Shown here: one piece after another, positions 1 to 12,865 of the stretch
Layout: each line of letters starts with the position of its first letter
How positions within the stretch are numbered: position 1 is the first letter of the stretch
Source of the DNA: Anthoceros angustus
Taxonomy: Eukaryota > Plantae > Anthocerotophyta
Reading direction: 5' to 3'
Length of the DNA stretch: 64,000 nucleotides
Assembly: GCA_010909165.1 (NCBI GenBank)
Contig: MU008158.1
Location: forward strand, 62,001 to 126,000
Translations under genes and position numbers: made by a program
The notes under the pieces: model-generated
Seen by the model: the letters and a program-made list of their open reading frames with translations, nothing else
Database searches by the model: none
Told to the model about the DNA's origin: nothing

Positions 1-3000
1 TTCTTACTTGACCAGGATATTGGTGCTCCTCCTAAGAGTAATACATACCCGACTGATTTTCGGTGTCGGGTCATAAAGATAGTCGGCATCGATATGCCGT
101 TAGAGTTAATGTGTTGATAGCTGGTGTATGCTTGAACATCGATCCTGTACATAGTGCCTTTAAGGTATCCGAATATACGCTCAGACATCCGGTGCTCACG
201 CCCGTGGTTCTCCAAGAATTGTGAACCGACTTCAAAAGATATATCCGGTCTCGTAAAATTGCATAAATATATTAGAGTGCCAACAGATGTCGGTATGGAA
301 CTGACATTTCTAGCTTTTCTTCATTGTTTTGGGACTCATATCCGAGGTAAGCCTAACACCACTTGCAAAAGGTGTGGGTGCAGCTTTGCATCCTCAAGTC
401 CAAATTTAGCTAAACTCTCCTTAATATACTTGGTTTGAACTATACTTAGAGTCTTATTACCTCTATTTCGTATAATATTAACACCAAGTGCATATGTCAT
501 TTCTCCTAGATCGGACATCTCAAATAGAGTCCTAAGCCATGCTTTAGTTTACTAGAGTGAGGGAGTTTGTTGCCATAAAAACATCATCAACATAAAGTAG
601 AAGATAAAATATATCATTGCGGATATTAGGATGTACATACAAGCATCACCACGCTTTGCTTAAATCCTCTCCCAATAAGTTGTACATGTATGGTTAGTTC
701 CAATTCTTGCTTAAGGCCATACAAACCTTTGATGAGTCGGCATACCCAATCTTCTTTGCCTTTGACTTCAGAACCCTCGGGTTGTCTCATGTATATTTCC
801 TCTGGGCCCCATACAAATATCTTTGTCTTAACATCCATCATGTGGAGTTCAAGATCATGTTGGGCACATAAGGCAAATATCATTCAAGTGTGGCAATTTG
901 GCTTGGGGCATAAGTGGCCCAAGGTATGTAATCTAGACCAGAATTGTGTAAAACCTCGCTACTAGGACGTGCCTTATACCTTTCTATAGAACCATCTCCT
1001 TTTCTTTTAATTTTGAATACCCATTTGCTGGTTACTATCTTCCTACCCCTAGGTGGTTTGACCAATTCCCATGTAGAGTTATTAACTAGGGAATTATATT
1101 CGAATCTACTACCTTCCATAAGTCTTTTCGGAGAAGAGAAAGCTTGTTTTAAGGTAAGAGGTTCTTCCGGGTCTATAGTTGCCTTGTAGACAGCTTGAGA
1201 ATAAAGTGATATAGGGGTATAGGATCATCAAAACAGCTAGGTATCCTAAAGGAGGTTCCTTCCAACCAGGGACCGAGATAGTAGGTCGGGATCTAAGGTT
1301 GTACCTTTGTGTGCATCATCCACAGGCGGGATCAACGGATCTGCTGGCTCCACAATGTCATCCTCCGAGGGTCATCAAACTCATCATCATGAGTGTCAAC
1401 CGGCGCCTGCTGGGATGTCAACATCGCGGTTGAGTTGTACGTTGTGGAATAGATGCTAACTCCTCCTCCTCCCGCATAATAGGTTCAACTAAAGGAACAC
1501 GAAGCGGAATGGGAAATGGAGTGAAATAATCAATCATCAAAATAAGAAGGGTCAATGGTCTCATCAAGAGGAGGACCAAGCCTATCAGCTCCACATGTGG
1601 GGAAAAGAGGTAAGACTCATGAAAAGTAACACTCGGCGTATAAAAGTTGCCTTGTAGAAGGGTTGAACAATTTGTACCCTTTGATACCTTGTAGCCAATG
1701 AAAGTGTACTTATGCTTTGGGATCCAACTTACGCAATGCTTTGGGAATAAAAACATATGCGGGATCCAAAAATTGGTAAGGTGGTCAATAGAAGGCTTCT
1801 TGCCAATGAATGCTTCATATGGAGTCATACCTTGAAGCTGATGTAGGCAATCGATTCATGAGATAGGTTCTAGGAGGGCCTCCGCCCAATAAGCCTTAGA
1901 TAACTTAGCTTGTACCAATAAGCAACTGTGATCTCTTGAGGCGTAGATTCTTGTTCGGCCACGCCATTTTGTTGAGGAGTGTAGACAATGTAAGTTGTTG
2001 AGCTATACCTTCACTCGACAAAATCCTCAAATTCGAGATGTAAACTCTCCACCATTGTCGGAACGTAAGGTCTTGAGTTTGTTATCTGTAAGTCTCTCAG
2101 CCCATTTCATGTAGTCCTTGAAGAAGTGAAAGGCATCACTCTTGTTTTTCAGGATGTAGGAAAAGACAAAACGAGAGAAATCATCTGTGAAGGTCAAAAA
2201 ATATCTACTACCACTAAAGGAGGGTGTAGACAAGGGTCCACAAATGTCTGTGTGCACTATCTCTAAAGGTGACTTGGCCCTTTGTGGAGATTTATTTTTG
2301 AAAGGCTCTTGATGTCGTTTAGTGAGGACACAAGATTCGCACCAAGGTAGGTGTTCAACCTTTGCAAGGCAAGGGGTTCTATATAAAGCTCCCTTAGACA
2401 TTTGGATTAATTTTTGACTATTAGGATGACCAAGGCGACAATGCCAAAGCATGGTTTGGGTAGGTGTCATGGGTTTGGAATGGCAACATTAGCGTAATGG
2501 GTGGCTCCCACTTGTCGACAATCTATAGAGACCATCATCTAAAGTGCTGCGATTGTATAGTTTCTATCACTTATGAAAGAGAGAAGACAACTATTCGCAT
2601 AAAGGATCACCGCAGAGTGTGTTCTTGACAAAGACTTGCGATACTAGATTCTTGCACATTGAAGGAACATGGAGGACGTGATGAAGATGAAGAACGACCG
2701 AATCACACTTGAATACAATCGAACCGACACCGCAATGGGTAGGTTGTGATCATCTCGTGAGGAGACGATGTCCTGTGGTGAGTAAGACTCAAAAGAGTTT
2801 CATTGTAACAAATATGTGAAGTAGCTCCACCGTCTAAGTACCATGAGGTATTGGAGGGCTTGGAAGAAGCCAAGCAGGAGTGAACGCTGGAGTTGAGGAA
2901 GATTGTTTCGCCGCAATGTTAGCTGTGGGGCCTCCTTGCGAGGTTCCCATTCTTCTTCTTACGACAATCCTTTTCCATGTGATTTGGATTACGCACCAAT

Positions 3001-3760
3001 TACATATAATCCCGATCTTCTTGTTACCTCTTGCGGTGTTGAAGAAGATGCCTCTCCATCATGGAAAGTATGCGGATATGGGGGTCGTTGGAAAGTAGAA
3101 CCTCGGCCTCGCCCTCTTCCTCTACCCCTTTGTGAATACATCACCGCTTGTTGGCTCGGAGTGATGATGACGTCTTGCCTCCTCCGTAGCAATGCTCCAA
3201 TAAGTTCGAAACACGATGTCCGCTCTTCATTTGGATCTTCATCCGCAGCTTTTCCGACATTAATCGCATTTTGAGTTGTAATGAAAGCCCTATAAGAAGG
3301 TGGCAATGAAGATAAGAGAATGACGTAAGCCTCCATCTCCGAGATAGGTACGCCATTGAAGATTCCAAATGGGATCGTGCCAATCGAAATGCATTAACAT
3401 GATGTTCGATGGTGTCGGACTCCTTCATTGAGAGGTTGCGGAAGTTACGTGAAGTGCAACAATACTCATTACATCTCGAGATGAATATAATTGAGCAAGG
3501 TGAGTCCACATATCCTTGGAGGTCTTTGCAGCGACATGTCTCACCATATGTTGAGAAAGTCCACCGACCAATAAATCTTGTGCCTTCGTCCTGGCGCCCC
3601 GGAAGGTTGAAGTTCACGTTCAAATCGGGCGTGTGGCCTTGGAATTGATCCATCGACGATGCCCCAAAGGTCTCTTTGCCGCAAAGCTCCTCGCATTCTC
3701 AATGACCGATGTCATAATCCCTTCCATTGAATCTATCTTTCTCTTTGAATCACACCATAA
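1..3760 (-). pseudogene. Frameshifted Copia-1 gag-pol
   Basis: ORF fragments 2989..3336, 2027..2470, 1418..1828, 880..1119, 626..883 and 336..518 carry successive Copia domains in different frames. Confidence 0.9.
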
Positions 3761-4613
3761 TGATAATGCAATGAAGTGTTAGCATTATCATTACCCAATG
3801 GGAATTAGGAGCAGTTTGTTCTTCATTATTGATCACTCCAGCCATTGTAGGTGATTTAGAGGACTAGGCCTCGACCCTCTCATCTTCTTTATTGCATGCG
3901 AAACTCTTCTCTTGCATCATAGTCGATTCGGATGATGATAGCATGCTCTCAAATCTCGCGCATTATCAACCTTAGAGAGAATAGACAATTTTGTCCTTAA
4001 TTCAGATAATTCTCCTTAAGATCAAAGGATTGGATTCTAAGAGTTGCTAATTGACTATCAATTTCTTGAAATCTAAGAGTTTCTATGCTATTTTGTCTTG
4101 CAGACTAGAAGATAAAGGAGTACTAATACCAGATTCAAATTTGGGATATGTTGGAGAGCTAATTCTAATGCCTTGACGTGAATTGGACTAAAACTTCTAG
4201 CAAATCACGCCTAGCTAGCTTGATAAACTTCCCTTGATCCGGTTTAGAAATTAAAATAGATGCAATGAAGTTTGCTATACAAGAGGAGGTTTCTACTATC
4301 TCTCCTCTATAGCTTGTTGTCTTCTATTGCTTCTATGTGTTGGGCTCCTAATTTGTTCTTGTTGTCTTGCAGACTACTTCTCTTCTTAACTCTATGCCTT
4401 CTCCTTCTAAGGGAACACAAATCCATGGAGGAAGAACAAAGAATTAGTGCATAAAAGCATTGTTAGAAGAGAAATGTTAGCATAAAAAGAATGCATGCAA
4501 AGACAGCAATTCTAGGATAAACACAATCCATCTAGGCAAATGCTAGATTAGAAAGTGTCTCCTAGATAAGCTACTTAGATGCATGAGGATGCAAGCAAAC
4601 AAAGAGCAAGTGT

Positions 4614-4624
4614 GCTCGATACCA
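4614..4624 (-). promoter_or_regulatory. Primer-binding site (tRNA-iMet type) of Copia-1
   Basis: Minus strand reads TGGTATCGAGC, the canonical TGGTATCAGAGC with one base missing. Confidence 0.85.
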
Positions 4625-4863
4625 TGATGAGAATCATACACAAGCTCTAGCAATATGTGTTGCATTACATTCATAATAGAAAGTACATGCCTTATATAGA
4701 AGGCTAAAAGTGGTTATAACCACCTAGTGGTTGTAACAAATAACCACTTAAGTAACCAACTGAAGAAAACTACTTAAACTACTTAATGCCCTATCCAAAT
4801 AAATAAATCATTAAGTTCTAGGTGCCTTAGTGAAGAGTGCCCTAATAGTGACCTATTTCATCA
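4625..4863 (-). repeat. 5' LTR of Copia-1 (239 bp, TGATGA...TCATCA termini)
   Basis: 6-bp terminal inverted repeat, directly abutting the PBS. Confidence 0.85.
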
Positions 4864-6597
4864 GTTTTCTTATTGCGCTGGGACTATTGTGTAGGAGGAA
4901 GGAGCCCGACTCTGTCTGGAGGTGCACTGCAGGCGGATGGCGCTGCACCGGAAGATCCGCCCATCCGTGTCGATTGTCTACATCAGGATCTCGAGCTTGG
5001 TGCAGGTAATGGTACCGAACACTTGCGTCACTGGCAATGGACTAGACAAATTAACTTTTCGTCACATTGAATGGTCATGTTTACTGAGTACAAGGCCAAC
5101 GGTGGGTGGCGGTGGCAATGGTCTTGTTGGTCACGAGGTACCACCAAGCGGGATGTCGCAGGAGGTTTGTAGGGAAGAAGAGGCAGACTTAACTCTCGTG
5201 GACAGTGTGCCGAATACACAGCCACCTGTAGACACCCCAACCCGGAGGCTTACCCGGAGAGCTCTGCGGGAGGGTGAGGGAGGAGGGGTACTGATGGCGG
5301 GGTGGGACGAGCCCGAGCTTGGAGCGCGCCGGATCTTGGCTGCACCACGGAAGAAAAGGAAAGATGGAGGAGTCCGAGGGTGTGGCCGAGGTTCGAAAAG
5401 GAGCAAAGCCAAGACCAGAGGGAGCAGTGATTCGGATGGCTGATGTACGCCATGGTCCATGCATGTGTGTGTGAAGTGTTCCACTATCGCGGGGTGCTCC
5501 CCATCGGTGCGCCACCTGGTCCATTGGGCAAGTGGTGGCAATGTCTGGATGGTGAGGGCAATTTAGAGTATGCTGTATCAGGGAACTCGGATGGTATAGG
5601 ACAACCTTCCATGATGAGACTTTCCGGATAATGGACCGGTTAATTGTACAATCCTAATCGCGCACTACTGCTTTGCATGGTCGGTAAAATGTATTGACTG
5701 AATATTATATAAAAATTTTTGGTCCTAATTTAGGTTTCTGCTGAAGCAAGCTCAAGAGGGCAAAACCCTTAATTCAAACCAGACAACCTGGCACCTGACA
5801 AGATGGAATCGCATGTTGAATACGGCAGTCATGCTCACGGTGCATGTACTATATAGAACCGAGGTGGCAACCCCTGACCGCCATGCGATGCCAGCAGGAA
5901 AGGACGCCATGTTTGGTCCATGCTGGATACGCCATGTGGCGCACACGGCCGGACAATAATCCGCAAGCTCCGCATCGCCAGGTCAAGGCCGCGACGCTGG
6001 CGTATGTGTCCGAATCATGACGAGCATACTTCCGTTCGTCCAGTGGACGGAAAGAAGTGAGAGAGTAGTCACACGGGATTGACGAGGGCGAACCAGTTGC
6101 GAAGGGTCCCTCACCATCCCGGTTGGAGGGCTGTCATTTACTTTGCGAGCACGGTTTTAAAATGACTAGGAATTACACGGAAATCCGCGGCGCGAGTTTG
6201 TCAATCTCTTCGACTACTCTTTGCCTTAGCAGTTGAGTACGACCTTGAACTGCAGCAGATGGATGTCTGCACTGCTTTTCTCCATGGCACTCTGGAAGAA
6301 AAACTGTAAATGGAGCAGCCCGAAGGCTATGCTGATCATGCACATCCGGAGTATGTGTGCCTACTAATAAAATGCCTTTATGGCTTGAAGCAAAGTGCAG
6401 AGCGTTGGCACAAGCGCTGTGACAAGGCACTGAAAGGACTTGGCTTTTGCCAGTGTGCAGCAGACTCAAATGTTTATGTGCTACAAAGAGGGGCAACTTA
6501 CGTGATTCTTGCTCTCTACGTAGACGACGTCATTCTCGCTGCTAATGATACTGCCCTGCTGGCACAAGTGAAAGACATGTTACGATAGATTTTCGAA

Positions 6598-7599
6598 ATG
6601 ACCGACAGTGGGGATTTGCTATTTTGCCTTGGCATACAAGTGTTGAGGGTCCGTTCAGAGGAACTATTGATAATCCATCAACACAAGTACATAACAAAAA
6701 TTCTGCACAAGTTTAACATGGGCCAGGCACATCCAGCTACCACACCAGGTGCTGTGGGCACTAAGCTAACAAGGTATGAATATGCTACGACTGAGGCTGA
6801 TCAACAAGACATGCAGGATATTCCATATTGTCATGCTGTTGGAAGCCTAATCTTTGTGAGTAACTGGACAAGACCTGATATCCAGCACTCCGTAAGCACT
6901 GTTTCACAATTCTTAGAAAACCCTGGCCGTGCCCACTGGACGGCAGTGAAAAGAATATTTCGATACCTGAAAGGGACTCATCATATAGGCCTTTGCTATA
7001 GGAGCAATGGTACGAGACACTTATCTCTTCAAGGGTTCACCGACGCAGACTGGGCTTCAGATAGCGACTCCCGAAAAAGCCTCTCCACGTATGCTTTCCT
7101 TCTGTCCCAAGCAGCTGTCAAGTGGAGCTGCAAGAAGCAGACCAGTATAGCCCTCTCCAGCACTGAGGCCGAATATAAGTCTCTTACAGATGCTACGAAA
7201 GAAGTGGAATGGGCGCGTGCATTCTTGAAGGATATCGGAGAGACACAGGATGGTCCCACTAACCTCTTTTGTGACAACCAGTCTGCGATCGCCTTGGTAT
7301 CTAACCCCCGCTTCCATGCACGTACAAAACACATCGAGATCCATCATCACTATGTTAGGGATGCAGCTGAGAGGGGAATTGTCAAGATCCTCTATGTGCC
7401 AACAGATGATAACACAACCGACATCCTAACAAAGGCCTTGCCCAAAGACAAGATCAAAAACATATGGAAGGCCTTGGCCTGTTTAATTACAGCCAGTACT
7501 TCAAAGCAAAGTGAGGGGGACTTATGGGTGAGGACCAAGTCCTCGGATGTTGTTGTTAAACGCTCTTCGCCTTTTGCCGACACCGTAGTTAGGAGATGA
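6598..7599 (+). CDS. Copia-2 reverse transcriptase C-terminal part and RNase H (fragment of pol)
   Basis: 333-aa ORF with TRPDI, AVKRIFRYLKGT, DADWA, SSTEAEY, DNQSAI and RTKHI motifs. Upstream part in 6310..6588 is separated by a stop/frameshift. Confidence 0.9.
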   Translation: MTDSGDLLFCLGIQVLRVRSEELLIIHQHKYITKILHKFNMGQAHPATTPGAVGTKLTRYEYATTEADQQDMQDIPYCHAVGSLIFVSNWTRPDIQHSVSTVSQFLENPGRAHWTAVKRIFRYLKGTHHIGLCYRSNGTRHLSLQGFTDADWASDSDSRKSLSTYAFLLSQAAVKWSCKKQTSIALSSTEAEYKSLTDATKEVEWARAFLKDIGETQDGPTNLFCDNQSAIALVSNPRFHARTKHIEIHHHYVRDAAERGIVKILYVPTDDNTTDILTKALPKDKIKNIWKALACLITASTSKQSEGDLWVRTKSSDVVVKRSSPFADTVVRR

Positions 7600-8005
7600 G
7601 GGGAGCACAAAGAGATATGTTAGACGCAGAAGAACATCCAAATTCCGGCAGCAGGAGGATGAAGCTCCACGTTTTCTAACTGACCTGGATGCTGGAATAT
7701 CACCGCTCCCTCTCCTGCCTTTCTTTGAGCAACTGAAGCAGCTTCTCTGCTTCGTGAAGTGGCTTGAGCAAGCTGGCGTTATCTCCCACGTCTGCTGGCA
7801 GAACGCACCTCTCCTCCACTCTCACGGGCCTGCTCCAGCACAATTTAACATCAAGTGAAATCTTCCACCCACCAAGCGTCACACTCGAGCCTAGGACATG
7901 GAGTTCATCCCACTTGTCAGCCCTCGGAGGAACAGGGCGCGGCAGCTGTTTCTTCTGCCTCCCTCTCCTTTCTTGTTCTGCTCACGCACGGGTCTTGCAG
8001 CCTTC

Positions 8006-10577
8006 CTTCTTCCTGCTTCACGCCTGGGAGCCATGGTGATCAAGCGGGCGAGAATTTGCACGCATCAGGTGATGAAGCGCAAAACTGGGCGATATTCGTA
8101 GCCATCCACATTTTCGGACGCACAGGGGCACACTTGATTGTAGTTGTTGGGCGTAATTGCCTACACCCCTCAGCCTGCCCCTGCCCACTCCTTGTGACTG
8201 TCCTTTGGATGCCTCCCTAAGCTCGTACGCTTAAGGGAGGGTGTTAGAGTTATAACAGTATAAGCTTAACTACGCTTAGGGCTAGATTATATAAGTTAGA
8301 GTAATATATCCAAAGGTTGCATAGTGAAGGGTTGTTTAGTATAAAAGACCAACACTTATCCAATATTTGTATTCTCTGTTTATTCTGAATTAGATCGTGC
8401 TTTGCTTTCCTCGCGCACTCTGACCATGGTTCAAACCGAACAACATGCCACATGCCTGTACAGGCATGTGGCTCATACATGCCTACACGCATGTACAAGC
8501 ATACTCGATGTTTTCCTTCTCATGTGTGTCGTTGGATTAAAGAAGATTCATACAATTATGAAGTGCTCCAATTTCGGTTGAGGTGGGTGCGGCACTTCAT
8601 GGATCCATTGATTGGCAACGGAGAGAAACTAGAGACACAAGCAATTGTGGAGGCAGCCATTCAAGAGATGTTGGTGGGATTTGGAGCATGGCTCATGTGT
8701 GTGACCAAATGTTCAACACCATGTTGCGCAATTGGAAGAACAATCTTGCAAGATCATAAGACAATTTCTTGAGGGTAATCATCCACCTAAGTATAAGCCT
8801 CGTGATATCTCGGTGACGGTGGGATCGCATTGTGGAGAATGAAAAGCCAAGGCCGGATGGAGATGTGCACAAAAGCATAGCAATGTTGAGGAAGTTGAAC
8901 TCGGATGCCCAGTATGCCCACTTTGGTAATGGTGGGTTTGTGAAGTTTACAAATCGGTTTTACCAACTCTTTGGTAGGCGTCCTCTGAGCAAGAGATGAG
9001 GTTGTGGCAAGAAGGCGGAAATTGGATAATAAAACTTGAAACATATTGAATGGTGAATCTTCCTCATCCGAGCGTTTGGCTCCAACCAGAATAGGTGCCA
9101 AACAATTGTGGCGGGACCTCAAGGATGCTGGTTACAAAGATGATGATTTGGATGGTAAGATTTTGATTTGATGTCTTTGCAAGTTTTGATTGTCCTATTT
9201 TAACTCTTTTTGGATTTGCCATAGGAGCCGTAATATCGCATTGAGCGCAAGCAAGTGGATGATAATGACTGGTTTTGGACAATTTGGTGCCTTCTTCCCG
9301 CTTCACGGGAGCCATCGCAGATCGAGAATTTGCACGCAAGCATAAACGATCGGATGAAGGCGATAAGTCGCAGCGATATTCGTAGCCATCCAATTTCGGA
9401 CGCACGGGGCACACTTGATTGTAGTTGTGCACTGCTCACACCCGCCCGCCCGCCCACCCCTTGCGGATCGCCTTGATGCCTCCTAAGCTCGCACGCTTAA
9501 GGGAGGTGTTAGAGTTATAATAAAAGATAAGCTTAACTACGCTTAGGGCTAGATTATATAAGTTAGAGTAATATATCCAAAGGTTGCATAGTGAAGGGTT
9601 GTTTAGTATAAAAGACCAACACTTATCCAATATTTGTATTCTCTGCTTTATTCGAATTAGATCGCGGCTTTGCTTTCCTCGCCAAGACGACCATGGTTCA
9701 AACCGACATGCCACATGCCCGACAGCATGTGGCTCATACATGCCTACACGCATGTACAAGCATACTCGATGTTTTCCTTCTCATGTGCCAGTTAGATTAA
9801 AGAAGATTCATACAATTATGAAGTGCTCCAATTTCGATTGAGGTGGGTAATGCGGCACTTCATGGATCCATTGATTGGCAACTTGGGGAGAGAAACTAGA
9901 GACACAAGCAATTGTGGAGGCAGCCATTCAAGAGATGTTGGTGGATTTGGAGCATGGCTCATGTGTGTGACCAAATGTTCAACACCATGTTGCGAATTGA
10001 AGAACAATCTTGCAAGATGCGCAAGACAATTTCTTGAGGGTAATCATCCACCTAAGTATAAGCCTCGTGATATCTCGGCTGACCAATGGGATCGCATTGT
10101 GGAGAATGAAAAAGCCAAGGCCAGGATGGAGATGTCTGCACAAAAACGCATAGCAATGTTGAGGAAGTTGAACTCGGATGCCCAGCCGTATGCCCACTTT
10201 GGTAATGGTGGGTTTGTGAAGTTTACAAATCGATTTTACCAACTCTTTGGTAGACGTCCTACGGAGCAAGAGACAGAGGCTGTGGCAAGAAGGCCGGAAA
10301 TTGGATAATAAAACTTGAAACATATTGACGGCCGCCAATCTTCCTCATCCGAGCGCTTTGGCTCCAACCCCGAGAATAGGTGCCAAACAATTGTGGCAGG
10401 ACCTCAAGGATGCTGGTTACAAAGATGATGATTTGGATGGTAAGATTTTGATTTGATGTCTTTGCAAGTTTTGATTGTCCTATTTTAACTCGCTTTTTGA
10501 TTTGCCATAGGAGCCGAATATCGCATTGAGCGCAAGCAAGTGGACGATGACGGCTGGTTTTTGGACAATTTGGTGCC
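8006..10577. repeat. Tandem duplication of a ~1.28 kb unit (8006-9290 / 9291-10577)
   Basis: Near-identical copies differing mostly by small indels. The unit spans the Copia-2 3' end and the flanking CACTA sequence. Confidence 0.9.
8242..8445 (+). repeat. 3' LTR of Copia-2 (~204 bp, TGTT...AACA); second copy at ~9507-9708 inside a tandem duplication
   Basis: Follows the PPT; TGTT/AACA termini. Confidence 0.8.
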
Positions 10578-11029
10578 TAGATTGAAGCCCGGGTTAAGTG
10601 AGGATCTTTCTCCTCCGTAGTTCTTATAGAAGATCTTTCAAGTCTGCTTGTTGTAACACCGCTTGGTAACATATTCGATTCTTGCAGACCTGTGGCCTCC
10701 GCCTCGGTGGGAAGCCTTAACCTCCCAAGTGTGGTCAAGACCGTGGAACGAAGCCCGATGAAGTACTTGTTGAAGTTGAACCACTCCATCTCATGGAAGA
10801 GGTGGAAGAATTTGAAGAGGTTGAGGTATCCTCTAAATGTGGAAAAGTTTTTCAATCTCATGGCCTCTCATCGAACCGGACGACAGAACTTGAAGCTCAA
10901 CGCTTCTGTGAAGCTAGGTCCGACTACGCCAAAGAGCTCAAGTCATCAAGGGTGAAGAGCATGAAGAGGAAGGGAAATGAGGCTTCAATCAAGTCCAATT
11001 TGAAGAGATCAAGGAGCGAGGAATTCTAG
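9823..11029 (+). pseudogene. CACTA ORF2/TnpA (Ptta-En/Spm-like) fragment of the outer CACTA
   Basis: PRDISADQWDRIVE...RIAMLRK...YAHFGNGGFVKFTNRFYQLFGRRPT resembles the P..I...W..IV / H..G..G pattern of Transposase_24-type proteins. By eye only. Confidence 0.5.
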
Positions 11030-11089
11030 TTTGGTGCTTTTAGTTGCTCCTTAGAAACTCTTAGAAATTGATAATCGACATCGCTTTTT

Positions 11090-11218
11090 GTGGGAATGTC
11101 CCTTTGTGTGTGTCTGGGGAATGGCCCCAATGTTTGTGAGTGTGTGTGTCCGGGGAATGGCCCCATGTTTGTTTAATAGTCTGTGTGTCTGGGGAATGGC
11201 TTCTATGTTTGTGTGTGA

Positions 11219-11262
<44 letters not shown>

Positions 11263-11690
11263 CACGAGCGTGTGAGAGCCTATGAGCGTGAGAGCTTGTG
11301 AGCCTGTGAGCCTGTGAGCCTTGAAAATTGAGCCTTGAGCCTGTGAGCCAGAGCGAGAGCGAGAGCCAGAGCGTGAGAGCGAGAGCTTGTGAGAGCCTGA
11401 GCTGTGAGCGAGGCGGCTTGTGAGCTGTGAGGCGAGGCGGCTTGTGAGCTGTGTGAGAGAGAGCTGTGAGCTGTGAGCGAGAGCGAGAGCTTGTGCTTGT
11501 GAGCTTGTGAGCTTGTGAGCTGTGAGCGGGCGAGCTTGTGAGCTTGTGAGCCTGTGAGCTGTGGCGGGAGCCTATGAGCGTGAGCCACGGCGCTGATTAT
11601 GTGAGCCGTGTGGGTTTGTGCGAGTTTGTGTGGGCCGTTGTGAGTTTGTGTGAGTTGAATGTGTGGATTTGTGTGAGGATGTGTGTTCAT
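11090..11690. repeat. Microsatellite (GT)n (11221-11258) followed by degenerate TGTGAGC/GAGC(C/T)TGT minisatellite
   Basis: Directly visible; the 11280..11732 ORF is a translation of this repeat. Confidence 0.95.
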
Positions 11691-12865
11691 TTTGGGGTTT
11701 AGAATCGCTTGCATTTGGTAGTAGCATTCCATTTCTCGTGTGTCCCACTAATGCACAACAAGGTGCAGCATACAAAATTTACAACAAAGGACGTTGTAAA
11801 ACACTTGTTGTAAATATGCCCCATTTAAAGAAGCTGAAAATAGATATTTGTGTTATTAATAATATGTATTTTTATTTGTGTCTTTACATACTTAAAAGGC
11901 GTCAAACTTAAATGTTGTAATTCCTTTTGCAATTGGGATGTTGTAGATGGTTTTGTAAAACTGGTCGACTACTAGAAAAGGGCACCCTATGTTACAGTCG
12001 ATGTTGCAATTTTTTGTTACACTTCCACATTGCAACATGTTTTGGAGGGTTGGTATTAAGTTTGTTAGTTCGTCCCGCTTGGTGCAGCCATCTTAACACG
12101 AACTGCACTCTCTTCCCACCTCCCCTTCCGGGTACACCCTCTCACAAGCATTGTTAATAATTTCCCACACTTGTTACAATTTTATGTACCACTTCCAACT
12201 TGCAACATGGTTTGATGGCTTGGTGTTAAGTTGGTCCATTCTTTCTCTTCCTTCTCCCACCATCCTAACACAATGCTTGGTCTCTCACTTCATGTACCAC
12301 TTCAAAATTGCAAAACTCTATGGTGGCTTGGTGTTCATGGTGTCCTTTTCTTATCCACCTTCTCACCCCATCTTAACACAATACTTGGTCTCTCTCCTCT
12401 CACCTCACCCTCCTATTTATTGCCCCTTATCACACCCTTTTATACTCTTTCACTTCTCCTCCTCCTTCATGACCGTGAGAAGGACCTCCCCTATCATGCC
12501 ATTTTATACTCTTCCACTATTCCTCTTTCAACTTGCTTGTTACAATGACCTCTCTCTCTGGGGCTGTCCTTCCTTCCTTTTACCTCCTTTGCATATACTC
12601 AGTATACATATATATGTTTGTAGGCTTCAAGACATAAGTATGTATAAGTATGTGTACATATATATGTACACATCCATCTGTTATACTTATATTATATTAG
12701 TGTACTTATATGCCTCTTTGTATACGTATATACGTACGTATATAGGCGTCAAGACTTGTTTATATAGTAATATATATGTGCTAACCCTTATGTCACTCTC
12801 ATACCTTACATATCTAAGTGTTTGATTTTATTGACAATTTAAATCAAATTTTTTGGACACTTCAA

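Larger units (their letters stand above)
1..4863 (-). mobile_element. Ty1/Copia LTR retrotransposon Copia-1 (5' LTR, PBS, degenerate gag-pol; 3' part lies beyond the window start)
   Basis: Minus-strand order gag (ILLSSLPPSY), protease (WYLDGGATSHIC ~2810-2850), GAG-pre-integrase (LWHCRLGH), integrase (LEIVHTDICGP, LRSDNGGEF), RT (NSTWELVKPPRGRKIVTSKWVFKIK; LYGLKQ) is the Copia order. LTR and PBS are present. Confidence 0.95.
5990..8445 (+). mobile_element. 5'-truncated Ty1/Copia element Copia-2 (RT, RNase H, PPT, 3' LTR)
   Basis: QMDVCTAFLHG, LYGLKQS, LALYVDDVIL, GFTDADWASD, LSSTEAEY, FCDNQSAI and RTKHIEIHHHYVR motifs. PPT TTAAGGGAGGG at 8231-8241. Left boundary approximate (degraded RT N-terminus 6000-6170). 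Confidence 0.92.

Noticed and set aside
6130-6170. Possible Helitron 3' end (GTCATTT..AAATGAC then CTAG)
   Set aside because: Not followed by T, and the region reads as degraded Copia RT (ARGF..G.DY.E).
11280-12825. ORFs 11280..11732 and 12151..12825
   Set aside because: Translations of satellite and low-complexity subterminal sequence.
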